From Longivirga aurantiaca (GTDB lineage: Bacteria > Actinomycetota > Actinomycetes > S36-B12 > CAIYMF01): a DNA stretch of 32,000 bases. The notes under the pieces were generated by a model. That model was not told the DNA's origin, searched no databases, and saw only the letters and a program-made list of their open reading frames with translations. This document shows, piece after piece, positions 31,858-32,000 of the stretch. The translations under genes and the position numbers were made by a program. Position 1 is the stretch's first letter, and every line of letters begins with the position of its first letter. The stretch is taken from contig NZ_JBHSTI010000001.1 of assembly GCF_042660085.1 (NCBI RefSeq), positions 1-32,000 of the forward strand. Direction: 5' to 3'.

Positions 31858-32000
31858 ATGCGCACGATCGCCCTCGAGGAGCTCGCCGGCATCCTCGCCC
31901 CCCTCCCGACCCACCCCCGCGTCGTCGTGTCGGGCAACTTCGCCACGCCGCACGTGGTGCTCGCAGCCGTCGACGCCGCGCTGCCGACGTACCGCCTGCA
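31858..32000 (+). CDS. Partial CDS (N-terminal 47 codons), acetyl-CoA hydrolase/transferase family-like
   Basis: MRTIALEELAGILAPLPTHPRVVVSGNFATPHVVLAAVDAALPTYRL resembles the N-termini of actinobacterial acetyl-CoA hydrolase/CoA-transferase proteins as I recall them. A GGACGGGAAG SD-like sequence lies upstream. It is truncated by the window edge. Confidence 0.4.
   Translation, partial: MRTIALEELAGILAPLPTHPRVVVSGNFATPHVVLAAVDAALPTYRL

Noticed and set aside
1-32000. Mobile elements, prophage, CRISPR arrays, and tRNA/rRNA genes
   Set aside because: I recognised no transposase, integrase or recombinase-like ORF, no terminal inverted repeats flanking a cargo, no regularly spaced direct repeats, and no cloverleaf-like or rRNA-like segments. 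The compositional dips are confined to short intergenic promoter regions.

Overview
This is a densely coding, very GC-rich (by eye, not computed) actinobacterial-type chromosomal segment with about 27 protein genes. I saw no rRNA, tRNA, CRISPR array, transposase or integrase. The many long Arg/Pro/Ala/Gly-rich ORFs in the six-frame track are off-frame or antisense artefacts of the GC content, and several track ORFs were trimmed to plausible starts.

Gene content from left to right:
- 143-6918 (+): dimethylglycine-oxidase-like FAD/GcvT enzyme, DUF2804, a YjjI-family glycyl radical enzyme with its YjjW radical-SAM activase, and a divergent FAH-like protein.
- 6979-10474 (-): an Sdh1-type succinate dehydrogenase operon, sdhC-sdhA-sdhB.
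- 10851-17524: M20 peptidase, DUF1015, YhhN, DUF1801, DUF2252, a ROK/PpgK-like kinase and an AlkB-like dioxygenase.
- 17603-19144 (-): a DHA2 MFS transporter.
- 19383-20532 (+): an overlapping HipA-like kinase / DUF3037 pair.
- 20580-24181: a CopC and CopD/CtaG copper cluster flanked by two His-rich membrane proteins.
- 24406-30257: the most interesting locus, a fully cytoplasmic gas-sensor phosphorelay. It consists of an OmpR-type regulator, a stand-alone H-NOX haem domain, an sGC-type HNOBA-PAS-PAS histidine kinase whose receiver has Ser in place of the acceptor Asp, a GAF hybrid kinase with an intact receiver, and a convergent Hpt protein. The H-NOX and the two kinases are joined by GTGA start/stop overlaps.
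- 30481-32000: an AI-2E transporter and a partial CoA-transferase-like gene close the window.

A recurring TANNNT hexamer 6-7 nt upstream of nine start codons suggests widespread leaderless transcription and helps fix those starts.
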